DNA of 64,000 nt from Akkermansia muciniphila (GTDB lineage: Bacteria; Verrucomicrobiota; Kiritimatiellia; RFP12; JAAYNR01), in NCBI GenBank assembly GCA_945870025.1, contig CAMBQN010000004.1, positions 65,017 through 129,016 on the forward strand. The letters run 5' to 3'. The notes beneath the pieces are model-generated. The model searched no databases, was not told where the DNA came from, and worked only from the letters and a program-made list of their open reading frames with translations. Below, one piece after another: positions 17,317 to 25,658 of the stretch. The position numbers were made by a program, and so were the translations under genes. Each line of letters opens with the position of its first letter. Position 1 is the first letter of the stretch.

Positions 17317-20034
17317 ATGGGACAGAAATTGTTTGTGATCGATGTCATGCCGATTTTGTATCGGGGGCATTTTGTCTTTCTCAAGAGTCCGAGGCTGACC
17401 AGCACGGGACTCAACACCTCGGCCTTGAACCTGTTCGCCATGACGGTCGCGCAGATACTCGCGGAGCATGAGCCGTCCCATCTGGCGCTCGTGCTCGACT
17501 CCACCACGCCGACGTTCCGCCATCTGGAATACCCCGCTTACAAGGCCCAGCGGGAGAAAACGCCGGAAGATATCACGGCGGCCCTGCCGATGGCTATCGA
17601 GCTGGCCAAGGCGCTCAATATCCCGATGCTGCGAGTGGAGGGCTTCGAGGCCGACGATCTGATGGGGGCGCTGGCCACCTGCGCCAGCCGGGAGGGGCTG
17701 GAGACCTATCTGGTCACACCCGACAAGGACATCGCCCAGTTGGTCGACGCCACCACGCGCCTCTACCGGCCGGGCAAGGCGGGCTTCGGTCCCGAGATTT
17801 TGACGGTTGACGACGTGTGCAAACACTGGGACATCGCCAGTCCGGCGCAGATGGTGGACTACCTGGGGCTGGCGGGTGACGCCGCCGACAACATTCCCGG
17901 CATCACCGGCGTCGGCGAAAAAACGGCCGTGGCGTTGCTCAAACAATTCGGGTCGCTCGATGCGGTGCTGGACGGGGTTGCGTCCATCAAGGGTAAGCTC
18001 GCCGAGAAGGTCGCCACGGGCCGTGAGCAGGCGCTGATCAGCCGGCGGCTGGCCACGATCCGGCGCGACGTGCCGCTGCCGGTGACACTGGCGGATCTGG
18101 TGCGGCGCGAATTCGATCGGGATGCGCTACAGGCCGTCCTGGCCAAATACGAGCTGCTGCAAGTCGGCCAGCGTCTGCTGGGCGGCGAGGCCGTCGTGAG
18201 GGCTGCCCAGCCCGAGGTTCGCACGATTCGCGATACGCCCCATGCCTACACCTGCGCGAGCGACGAAGCCGAGGTGGTGGCGTTGCTCGCCGAACTGCGT
18301 GCGGCGCCGCTGTGGGCGTTCGACACCGAGACCACGGGCCTGGAGGCCTGGCAGACCGAACTGGTCGGCATCTCCTTTTCGACACGGGTCGGCACGGGCT
18401 GGTATCTGCCCGTGCCAGCCGATCCCGCCGCGCGGGAGGCGCTGCTGGCCCGGTTCCGTCCGCTCTTTGAAGATCCGTCAAAAACGCGGATTGCCCACAA
18501 CGCCAAATTCGATCTCACCGTGCTGCGGCATCACGGCATCGGCGTGACCGGCACGCTGCACGACACGCTCCTGACGCACTACGTGCTCGACGCGGCCGAG
18601 CGGCACGGGCTGGATTATCTCTCCAAGCAATACCTCGGATACGACCCTGTTCCGATCACGGCGCTGATCGGTGAGCGCGGCCCAGGGCAGATCACGATGC
18701 GCGAAGTGCCGTTGGAACAGGTAGCCGAGTATGCGGCCGAGGACGCCGACGTTGCCCTGCGGTTGCACGAGCATTTGCGGCCGCTGGCGGATGCGGCCGG
18801 GTGCGCCCATGTGCTGCAGGCCAGCGAGGAGCCGCTGATCGCGGTCTTGATCGCGATGGAGGCCGAAGGAATCCGCCTCGACACCGCCGCCCTCAAGGTC
18901 TGCGGCCGCGAACTAGACCGCGACTTGCTGGATCTGGAACTAAAAATCCGAGAGTATGCGGGCGGCGGCAGCTTCAACATCGCATCGGCCAAGCAAATGG
19001 GCGAGCTGCTGTTTGGTCAGCTCAAGCTCGACCCCGATGCCAAGCGGACCGCATCGGGGCAATACGCGACCGACGAGGACACCTTGGTCAGACTGGCGGG
19101 GAAGCATCCGATCGTGGAGCTTATCCTCGATCACCGCGCCTGCAGCAAGCTGAAGGGCACCTATGTTGAAAAGCTTCCCGAAAGCATCAATCCGCAGACC
19201 GGGCGCATCCACACCACCTTCAGCCAGGCGATGACCGAGACCGGGCGGCTCTCCTCGGTGAACCCCAACCTGCAAAACATCCCGATTCGCACGGCGCGGG
19301 GGCGGCGCGTGCGAGCGGCGTTTGTGCCGCGGGACGCGGGGCACGTGCTGATCTCGGCCGACTACTCGCAGATCGAATTGCGGGTGATGGCGGCGATGAG
19401 CGGTGACCGCGGGCTGATCGAGGCCTTTGCGCGCGGGGCCGACATCCATACCGAGACCGCCGCGCGGGTGCATGGCATACTGCCGGCGCTGGTGACGGCC
19501 GAGATGCGGTCACAGGCCAAGATGGTCAATTTCGGCATCATCTACGGCATCAGCGCCTTCGGCCTGTCGCAGCGGCTGGGCATCCCGCGCAAGCAGGCCG
19601 CCGAGCTGATCGAGCACTATTTCGAACAATATCCCGGCGTCAAGACCTACATGGACGCCACCATCGCCGGTGCGCGCGAGCACGGCTACGTCACGACGCA
19701 TCTCGGCCGGCGTCGCTGGCTGCGCGACATCACCTCCCGCAACGCCACCTCGCGTCAAGCGGCCGAGCGCAACGCGATCAACACGCCGATTCAGGGGACG
19801 GCGGCCGACCTGATCAAGCTGGCGATGGTGCGCATCCAGCACGAGATCGAGACGCGCCGGATGCGCGCACGGATGGTGCTGCAGGTGCATGACGAACTGG
19901 TCTTCGATGTGCCGCGCGACGAGATCGAGGCCGTCCGGACGCTCGTTACGGAGGCCATGCGCAACGCCCTCGACCTCGGCGTACCGCTCGATGTTGAGAC
20001 CGGCGTCGGCGAAAACTGGCTGGAAGCGCATTGA
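17317..20034 (+). CDS. polA: DNA polymerase I
   Basis: 905 aa. 5'-nuclease region (AYKAQRE..., GDAADNIPG), 3'-5' exonuclease (FDTETTGL) and polymerase motifs (ADYSQIELRVMA, QVHDELVFD). Confidence 0.97.
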   Translation: MGQKLFVIDVMPILYRGHFVFLKSPRLTSTGLNTSALNLFAMTVAQILAEHEPSHLALVLDSTTPTFRHLEYPAYKAQREKTPEDITAALPMAIELAKALNIPMLRVEGFEADDLMGALATCASREGLETYLVTPDKDIAQLVDATTRLYRPGKAGFGPEILTVDDVCKHWDIASPAQMVDYLGLAGDAADNIPGITGVGEKTAVALLKQFGSLDAVLDGVASIKGKLAEKVATGREQALISRRLATIRRDVPLPVTLADLVRREFDRDALQAVLAKYELLQVGQRLLGGEAVVRAAQPEVRTIRDTPHAYTCASDEAEVVALLAELRAAPLWAFDTETTGLEAWQTELVGISFSTRVGTGWYLPVPADPAAREALLARFRPLFEDPSKTRIAHNAKFDLTVLRHHGIGVTGTLHDTLLTHYVLDAAERHGLDYLSKQYLGYDPVPITALIGERGPGQITMREVPLEQVAEYAAEDADVALRLHEHLRPLADAAGCAHVLQASEEPLIAVLIAMEAEGIRLDTAALKVCGRELDRDLLDLELKIREYAGGGSFNIASAKQMGELLFGQLKLDPDAKRTASGQYATDEDTLVRLAGKHPIVELILDHRACSKLKGTYVEKLPESINPQTGRIHTTFSQAMTETGRLSSVNPNLQNIPIRTARGRRVRAAFVPRDAGHVLISADYSQIELRVMAAMSGDRGLIEAFARGADIHTETAARVHGILPALVTAEMRSQAKMVNFGIIYGISAFGLSQRLGIPRKQAAELIEHYFEQYPGVKTYMDATIAGAREHGYVTTHLGRRRWLRDITSRNATSRQAAERNAINTPIQGTAADLIKLAMVRIQHEIETRRMRARMVLQVHDELVFDVPRDEIEAVRTLVTEAMRNALDLGVPLDVETGVGENWLEAH

Positions 20035-20370
20035 ATGAAAAAATGCCCCTATTGCGCCGAAGACATTCAGGACGCCGCCATCAAGTGCAAGCACTGTGGC
20101 GAATTTCTGAATGGGTTTAGACCCCCGCAGGCGTCCGAAAAGGGTCCGTGGTACTTCCGCAACTCCTTTATTGTCATCGCGGTCTTGTCTCTCGGGCCTT
20201 TGGCCTTGCCGCTGATCTGGTGGCGCCCCAAAACCTCGCTCGCCTGGAAAATCGTGCTTACCATCGGCATTCTGGTGCTGAGCTGGTTCTTATTCCAGGC
20301 GACAATGAAATCCATCGCGACCATCAAAGAGCTTTATAAGGCGATGGATTCGATCATGATCGGCGCATAG
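20035..20370 (+). CDS. Zinc-ribbon membrane protein (111 aa)
   Basis: Starts immediately after the polA stop. N-terminal CPYC...CKHCG zinc ribbon followed by two hydrophobic helices. Confidence 0.6.
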   Translation: MKKCPYCAEDIQDAAIKCKHCGEFLNGFRPPQASEKGPWYFRNSFIVIAVLSLGPLALPLIWWRPKTSLAWKIVLTIGILVLSWFLFQATMKSIATIKELYKAMDSIMIGA

Positions 20371-20409
20371 ACACGCCTTGACTGTGCGATTGTTTTCCGG
20401 CACACGGCG

Positions 20410-20418
20410 TGGTATACT
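20410..20418 (+). promoter_or_regulatory. Candidate extended -10 promoter element (TGgTATACT) for rubredoxin
   Basis: TGGTATACT lies 27 nt upstream of the rubredoxin ATG, with a purine-rich GAAAGGAAAA between them. The TTGACT at 20378 sits 29 nt upstream, which is too far for a canonical -35. Confidence 0.35.
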
Positions 20419-20444
20419 GTCCGCCACGAAAGGAAAATGACCCT

Positions 20445-20606
20445 ATGAAAAAGTACGTGTGCAATGTGTGCGGCTATGTGTATAACCCTCTCACGGGCGA
20501 CCCGGAGCATGGCGTGGCTCGTGGGACGGCTTTTCCGGATGTTCCAAGCGACTGGACATGTCCCGAATGCGGTGTTGGCAAGGATGATTTTTCAGTTCAG
20601 GAGTAG
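20445..20606 (+). CDS. Rubredoxin
   Basis: [13 protein letters not shown]...WTCPECG has the two CxxC knuckles. 53 aa from the internal ATG at 20445. Confidence 0.9.
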   Translation: MKKYVCNVCGYVYNPLTGDPEHGVARGTAFPDVPSDWTCPECGVGKDDFSVQE

Positions 20607-20611
20607 ATCGG

Positions 20612-21847
20612 ATGGATATCGGACAGCAGGTTGATTTGGAGATTGCCTCCCTGGTCTACCGTGGGAACGGTCTGGCCCGCAAGGATGGTTTGGTTGTTTT
20701 TGTTCCGCATGTCGCGGCCGGTGAGCGTGTCACGGCCGAGATCGTGCGGGTGCGCAAGAATTATGCCGAAGCTCGCCTAGTGGCGGTGGAGGCGCCGTCT
20801 CCCGATCGAATCGCTCCCTGCTGCACGCTTGCCGACGGCACATTGGTTCCTGGCTGCGTGTACGACCATCTCGCCTATCCGGCCGAGGTGGCGGTGAAGA
20901 ACGGGCAGTTGCTCGACATGTTGCGACGGCTGCCCGGGTGCGCCGAGGTGCAGGCCGATCCGCCCTTCGCCTCGCCGCTGTCCCTCCATTACCGCAACAA
21001 GATCGTGCTGCATGCGCGGCGGCCGCGGGGGACGCCTGCCGAGACCGTTGGCGAGCCGCCGATCCTCGGCTATCTGGCGGAGGACAACCGGACGGTGATC
21101 GACCTACCGCAATGTCCGCTCGCCCGCGCGCCGATCAACGAGGCCCTTGCCCGGTTCCGAGACGGAGAGTCGTTCCGGCAACTGGCGCACGGCGATGACG
21201 TGACCTTCCGTTGGACATCGGCGGACGGGGTAAAGTCCTGGGTGGGGCGTCCGCCCCAGGATCTGATGCTCTCCGAGACCAGTCTGGCTGGCCCCTTGAC
21301 GGTGCCCGCCGACGGGTTCTACCAGGTCAATCCCGAGGTCGGCTATGCACTGGTCCGCCAGATCGCCGAGTGGTATGCGGCGGAGCGGCCCGGGGTGTGC
21401 GACGTGCTCGACCTTTATTGCGGGGTCGGTGTGTTCGGGCTGGCCTGCGCCGCTGCGGGCACGCGGAACCTGCTCGGCGTCGAGTCAGGCCGGGGAGCCG
21501 TCGCGGCGGCGCAAGCCAATGCGGCGGCGCTGAATCTTACAGGCGCATTCCATTGCGTGTCGGTGGCGCAGGCCGCCAGCCAGCGTTTCGGAGGAATTGA
21601 CTGTGCGCAGGCCGTGGTGATCGCCGATCCACCGCGGGATGGATTTGAGCCCAAGGTCGCCGCCGCGCTGGTGCGGGCCAGTCCGGCGCGCATCTTCTAC
21701 GTCTCCTGCGATCCGGCCACCCTGTGCCGGGATTTGAAGACGTTGCTGGCGGGTGGTTACCGGATATCCGGAGTCCGGATGTTCGATATGTTCCCGCGGA
21801 CCGCGCATTTTGAATCAGCCGTGGTGCTGACACGCGCGCAGGCCTGA
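20612..21847 (+). CDS. TRAM-domain RNA (uracil-5-)-methyltransferase, RlmD/RumA/TrmA family
   Basis: N-terminal TRAM-like beta barrel. SAM motif DLYCGVGVFG, IADPPRDG and the catalytic-Cys region YVSCDPATLCRD. Confidence 0.8.
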   Translation: MDIGQQVDLEIASLVYRGNGLARKDGLVVFVPHVAAGERVTAEIVRVRKNYAEARLVAVEAPSPDRIAPCCTLADGTLVPGCVYDHLAYPAEVAVKNGQLLDMLRRLPGCAEVQADPPFASPLSLHYRNKIVLHARRPRGTPAETVGEPPILGYLAEDNRTVIDLPQCPLARAPINEALARFRDGESFRQLAHGDDVTFRWTSADGVKSWVGRPPQDLMLSETSLAGPLTVPADGFYQVNPEVGYALVRQIAEWYAAERPGVCDVLDLYCGVGVFGLACAAAGTRNLLGVESGRGAVAAAQANAAALNLTGAFHCVSVAQAASQRFGGIDCAQAVVIADPPRDGFEPKVAAALVRASPARIFYVSCDPATLCRDLKTLLAGGYRISGVRMFDMFPRTAHFESAVVLTRAQA

Positions 21848-21919
21848 AACGAGTAGGGGATCCGTTGGCTTTTCGTGCACTTCGTGGTCTTCGTGGTGAA
21901 TTCAACTTCCGAATCCAGG

Positions 21920-23356
21920 ATGAATAGTCGCATGGAAAAGGCGGGCGCGGATGTGCCTGAACAGGTGGCTGCTGCGCTCAACGCGGGCAGTCTGCTGGAG
22001 GGCGTGTGTCGGCTCGGCGTGGCGGTTTCGGGTGGCGCCGACTCCGTGGCGATGCTGCATCTGCTGACTCCGGTGTGCCGTCGGCAACGCATCACCCTGG
22101 TGGCTCTGCATCTGAATCACGGGTTGCGCGGTGTGGCGTCGGATGGTGACGCGGCTTTTGTGCGGACGTTATGCGCCCGGCTGGGCATCGTCAGTGTGGT
22201 CGGTCGTGTGCGCGGGCTGGATGGCAAACGCCCAAAGCGGCGCGGGGCGTGTCAGTCGCTGGAAATGGCGGCACGCGCGGCGCGGCAGGCGTTCTTCCGG
22301 CGGGTGGCCCAAAGGCATCGGCTCGATGCGGTAGCCGTCGCGCATCACCGCGACGACGTGGCCGAGACGGTGTTGCTGCGGCTGATGCGGGGCGCCGGGG
22401 CGGCTGGTTTGTCAGGGATGCGGCCGAGAGCGATGGTGGACGGACTGCTGGTGATCCGTCCGCTACTGGGCATCGCCCGCGAGGCTTTGCGCGCGTGGAT
22501 GAGGCTTCATAACGAGGTCTGGCGCGACGATGCGAGCAACACCGATATCTCCATTCCTCGCAATCGCGTGCGGACGTCTGTGTTGCCTTTTCTGGAAGAG
22601 ACGTTTGGATCCGGGGTCGTCGGCGGACTGGCCCAATCGGCGGATCTGCTGCGCGAAGACGATGCGGCGCTGGATGCGCTGGCGGCCGATGCCCAGACGG
22701 CAACGTGCGCCGGGACGGGATTGATCGCCGACCGGCTGATGCCACTGCCGGCGGCGCTGCGGCGTCGGGTGGTGTACCGGTGGATGCTGGATCGCGGCGG
22801 GGCGGCGGCGGCCACATTCGAGACGGTTCGCCGGGTGCTGGAGAAGCTCGCGGAGGGAAGTCGCCGTTGGCGGCTCGCGGCTGGCGGAGGCATTCGAATC
22901 GGCTACCGGGAGGGTGTGCTATCAACCGATACCGGCGGGCCGGTAAAGGTTAAGCTGAACACGCGTTTTCTCCGGAGGAACGGCACGGTCATGGTGGGTG
23001 ATCTGCGTGTGACGGTTCGGCCGGCGGTTCGGATTGTGCGGGAAGGCGGGCCTGTGGGGCGCATGCCCGCGCAGTGTACGATCAGCGCCGAAGCGGTTCG
23101 AGGCAAGCGGCTGGCGGTGCGCTGCCGCAGACCGGGCGACCGGATCGCGCCGCTTGGAATGTCCGGCAGTCGCAAGGTTCAGGACGTGCTGGCCGACGCA
23201 AAAATCCCTGTCGAACGGCGCGACAGGGTGCCGCTGCTCGTCTGCGGGAACGAGGTGGTCTGGATACCGGGCTACCGCGTCGCCACGCGATTCGCCGTAC
23301 CCAGCCCCACCGCTCCCGCACTGCTGATCAGGGTTGCTAAGACTAGAGGCGCTTGA
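21920..23356 (+). CDS. tilS: tRNA(Ile)-lysidine synthetase
   Basis: PP-loop VAVSGGADSVAMLHLL, then HLNHGLRG and AHHRDD. The start is uncertain (GTG 21875, ATG 21920 or ATG 21932). The last three codons and the TGA stop lie inside a repeat element (see findings). Confidence 0.85.
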   Translation: MNSRMEKAGADVPEQVAAALNAGSLLEGVCRLGVAVSGGADSVAMLHLLTPVCRRQRITLVALHLNHGLRGVASDGDAAFVRTLCARLGIVSVVGRVRGLDGKRPKRRGACQSLEMAARAARQAFFRRVAQRHRLDAVAVAHHRDDVAETVLLRLMRGAGAAGLSGMRPRAMVDGLLVIRPLLGIAREALRAWMRLHNEVWRDDASNTDISIPRNRVRTSVLPFLEETFGSGVVGGLAQSADLLREDDAALDALAADAQTATCAGTGLIADRLMPLPAALRRRVVYRWMLDRGGAAAATFETVRRVLEKLAEGSRRWRLAAGGGIRIGYREGVLSTDTGGPVKVKLNTRFLRRNGTVMVGDLRVTVRPAVRIVREGGPVGRMPAQCTISAEAVRGKRLAVRCRRPGDRIAPLGMSGSRKVQDVLADAKIPVERRDRVPLLVCGNEVVWIPGYRVATRFAVPSPTAPALLIRVAKTRGA

Positions 23357-23474
23357 AAAACCCCTGCAAGCGCCGGTTTCAGGTTTCAGTGTTCAGGTTT
23401 CAGGAAGACGCAACATCGTGTGGTTCTTCCTGACACCTGAACTCTCCGCTTGCAAAACAGGGTTTTGCAAGCGG
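23348..23474. repeat. Family-A composite element filling the whole tilS / 599-aa-gene convergent spacer
   Basis: GGCGCTTGAAAAACCCCTGCAAGCGCC, then (GTTTCAG)x4 ... GGTTCTTCCTGACACCTGAAC, then a perfect 13-bp hairpin CCGCTTGCAAAAC-AGG-GTTTTGCAAGCGG (23446-23474). Confidence 0.8.
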
Positions 23475-23478
23475 CTCA

Positions 23479-25254
23479 CTACTTAATCTCTTTCGCGCCT
23501 TTGGCTGCTGGCGCCTCCTCTGCAACATCATCGCCATCGCCTTCACCCTCGTCATCGATGGTGGCGTTCATACCTTCAGAGGGATTGACCGCCTTGAAGA
23601 TCGCGGTCAAGGAGGTGATTTCAGATGTCGTGATCAGGATGGCCGATTCGGACTGTCCGCCGGTGGCCCACTCGGCCATGACGACGCCATCGCCGGTCGG
23701 AAGAGCGGATGCCGCTTCGGCGGGGACGACGTGGGTCATGGTCAGAATGACCTTGGCGATCCCTGACAGGGAGAGGCGGCTGATCACAAAGGGAGCGGAC
23801 GCCGGCGCGAGCAGTTGTGTGATGCGATTCGCCTCGACGGAGGGTTTTACTGGCGTATCGATCCGGTCGATGACCTGCTCAACCATCGCGGGCGCGCCCA
23901 TGCCGAAGGCGAGGGTCTTTCCTTTTGCCGCATACTCATAGCCCGGTTCCATCAGCTTCATCATGATGCGCATGGGCTTGAGTCCGGCTTGCATGGCCTC
24001 ATCGAGGTCTTTCGGATCCAGATTGGCGGGCATCTGGTCACGGAGCAGCTTCTTGAATCCATCTTCGTCGAGCGCGGTTTTGAATGTATGGATCTTCACA
24101 TCCTTGTACGTGCGTACGACGGGAGCGGGCATCTTCATGGCGGACTGCTGCATAAGGGCTGCGAACACCGGCTTTTTCATCATCGCCAATTGCTCATTCA
24201 GATAGGTCTCAGCCTGGGGCATGCCCATCATTCCCTGAACCAGAATGGCGTTCGTGCGGCAGTTGGCGGTGAGGGCGAGCGGGGCGCCGATGGCGCGCAG
24301 GGACTGATCGAACAGCTCCGCAAGATCCTTCGCCTCGACCGTAGCGAGACCGGGCGAGAGACGCATCATCGACGTATACAGGTCGACGATCTGCTTGCGC
24401 AGGGTCGCGGGGAACGTGTAGCTACCAGCCGCGCAACGGAACAGTCCGTCTCCATCCATGACCGTCAGGTATTCGGGGGTGACGGGCTTGGCCGAAGCGA
24501 GCAGGGCGGCGATGTCGGAGTCCTTGACCGGGGTGACCCGTGAGCGGATGGCGAGGCCATCACGCTGCACGGCGATGCCGATTTGCATGGCCTCGATCTG
24601 TCCGAGCACCTGGCCATAAAAATCAAAGAGCGCCTCCATGGACTGCTGGGTCTGTTTGGCGTTGGGCAGGCCCGACTCCGACAGGCCGGCGAAAGCCGTC
24701 GTCTTGAAGTGGTTGATCATCGGCTTCATGGCGGCTGGGAAGACCACCACGCGGATCGTTCCCGGGATGGAGGGTAGCGACGGCAAAGCGGGAGCGTTCG
24801 TACCTGCGCACGCTTCGAGATCGGCGGCCTTGGGAGCGAAGAGTACACGGGTTCCGACCACGCGGGCGGCACCCCCATTAAAGACATACACACCATTGAC
24901 GGGTGCAGGGAGTTTGCCTTCATTGCCGATGATCGCCTGAAGATAGGCGGAAGCGTTCGTGCCCACCGGGGTGAGTTCCATGATAAAGCCCGTCTTAGCG
25001 TTGCCGACATCGAAGATGTGTAAGGCCACCGGTTGGTCGGGATTGATTTGGGCAGCCCCTGGGAGCGACATCGTGAGCATCATCGGCATGGCGCCGAGCT
25101 GGGGGGCTTTAAAGACTTCGGCGCCCAGAAAAAGCTGCTTTTGGAGAGAGGCGTAGCTCTCAACATAAACAGAACAGATGCGGGTTGCGGCAGACGAGAC
25201 GAGAGGGAGGATTGCGCAAAGCGCGATGGTGAACAGGTGGAAGAGGCGGGTCAT
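23479..25254 (-). CDS. Secreted hypothetical protein (~591 aa) with an acidic C-terminal tail
   Basis: Signal peptide MTRLFHLFTIALCAILPLVSSAA. Long ORF with normal composition and no recognised domain. Tail is DDEGEGDGDDVAEE. Confidence 0.6.
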   Translation of the reverse strand: MTRLFHLFTIALCAILPLVSSAATRICSVYVESYASLQKQLFLGAEVFKAPQLGAMPMMLTMSLPGAAQINPDQPVALHIFDVGNAKTGFIMELTPVGTNASAYLQAIIGNEGKLPAPVNGVYVFNGGAARVVGTRVLFAPKAADLEACAGTNAPALPSLPSIPGTIRVVVFPAAMKPMINHFKTTAFAGLSESGLPNAKQTQQSMEALFDFYGQVLGQIEAMQIGIAVQRDGLAIRSRVTPVKDSDIAALLASAKPVTPEYLTVMDGDGLFRCAAGSYTFPATLRKQIVDLYTSMMRLSPGLATVEAKDLAELFDQSLRAIGAPLALTANCRTNAILVQGMMGMPQAETYLNEQLAMMKKPVFAALMQQSAMKMPAPVVRTYKDVKIHTFKTALDEDGFKKLLRDQMPANLDPKDLDEAMQAGLKPMRIMMKLMEPGYEYAAKGKTLAFGMGAPAMVEQVIDRIDTPVKPSVEANRITQLLAPASAPFVISRLSLSGIAKVILTMTHVVPAEAASALPTGDGVVMAEWATGGQSESAILITTSEITSLTAIFKAVNPSEGMNATIDDEGEGDGDDVAEEAPAAKGAKEIK

Positions 25255-25362
25255 GACGACGTCCTTTCGTTTGTGCACTCTGACTTGTGGCGCAGCAACA
25301 AGCCGCTGCTTAAACCGTCGGGAATTATTGCACGTTACATCGAAGGTGTCCAGCGCGTTTTT

Positions 25363-25439
25363 TGGTGGGCGGTGAGGGACTCGAACCCCCGACAGCCTGG
25401 GTGTAAACCAGGTACTCTAACCAACTGAGCTAACCGCCC
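25363..25439 (-). tRNA. tRNA-Val (anticodon UAC), CCA encoded
   Basis: Reverse complement reads GGGCGGTTAGCTCAGTTGGTTAGAGTACCTGGTTTACACCCAGGCTGTCGGGGGTTCGAGTCCCTCACCGCCCACCA. It has a 7-bp acceptor stem, D-loop AGCTCAGTTGGTTAGAG, anticodon stem CCTGG/CCAGG with loop TTTACAC, and T-arm GGTTCGAGTCC. Confidence 0.9.
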
Positions 25440-25505
25440 CAGTCGTCTGTGGTCGTAAAAAGTACCATACTCGACAGGGGTCTGCAAGCCAATCCCCCGA
25501 CAGCC

Positions 25506-25647
25506 CAGCAATTCTAATTATGACAGCCGCTATCGGGATCCAAATCGTGATCGGGACCGAAATCGACGAGAAAGCAAGGAATTCGACCCCGATAGCGATA
25601 GCGATTTCGATTTCGACTGTACGGATGTGCCATAATTAGAATTGCTG
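25506..25647. mobile_element. Family-B MITE-like element, copy B1 (142 bp), with 17-bp TIRs and a 9-bp flanking direct repeat
   Basis: TIRs are CAGCAATTCTAATTATG (25506-25522) and CATAATTAGAATTGCTG (25631-25647), a perfect inverted repeat. CCGACAGCC occurs immediately outside both ends (25497-25505 and 25648-25656). The interior holds CGAT-based hexamer arrays around a GGAATTC core. Confidence 0.85.
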
Positions 25648-25658
25648 CCGACAGCCAA

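Noticed and set aside
20378-20383. TTGACT as a -35 box for rubredoxin
   Set aside because: It lies 29 nt upstream of the TATACT -10, outside the 16-19 nt window. Only the extended -10 (TGgTATACT) was kept, at low confidence.
25523-25630. Possibility that the short-period arrays are CRISPR arrays
   Set aside because: Units are 6-12 bp with no unique spacers. The arrays sit inside TIR-bounded ~150-bp elements, and there are no cas genes.
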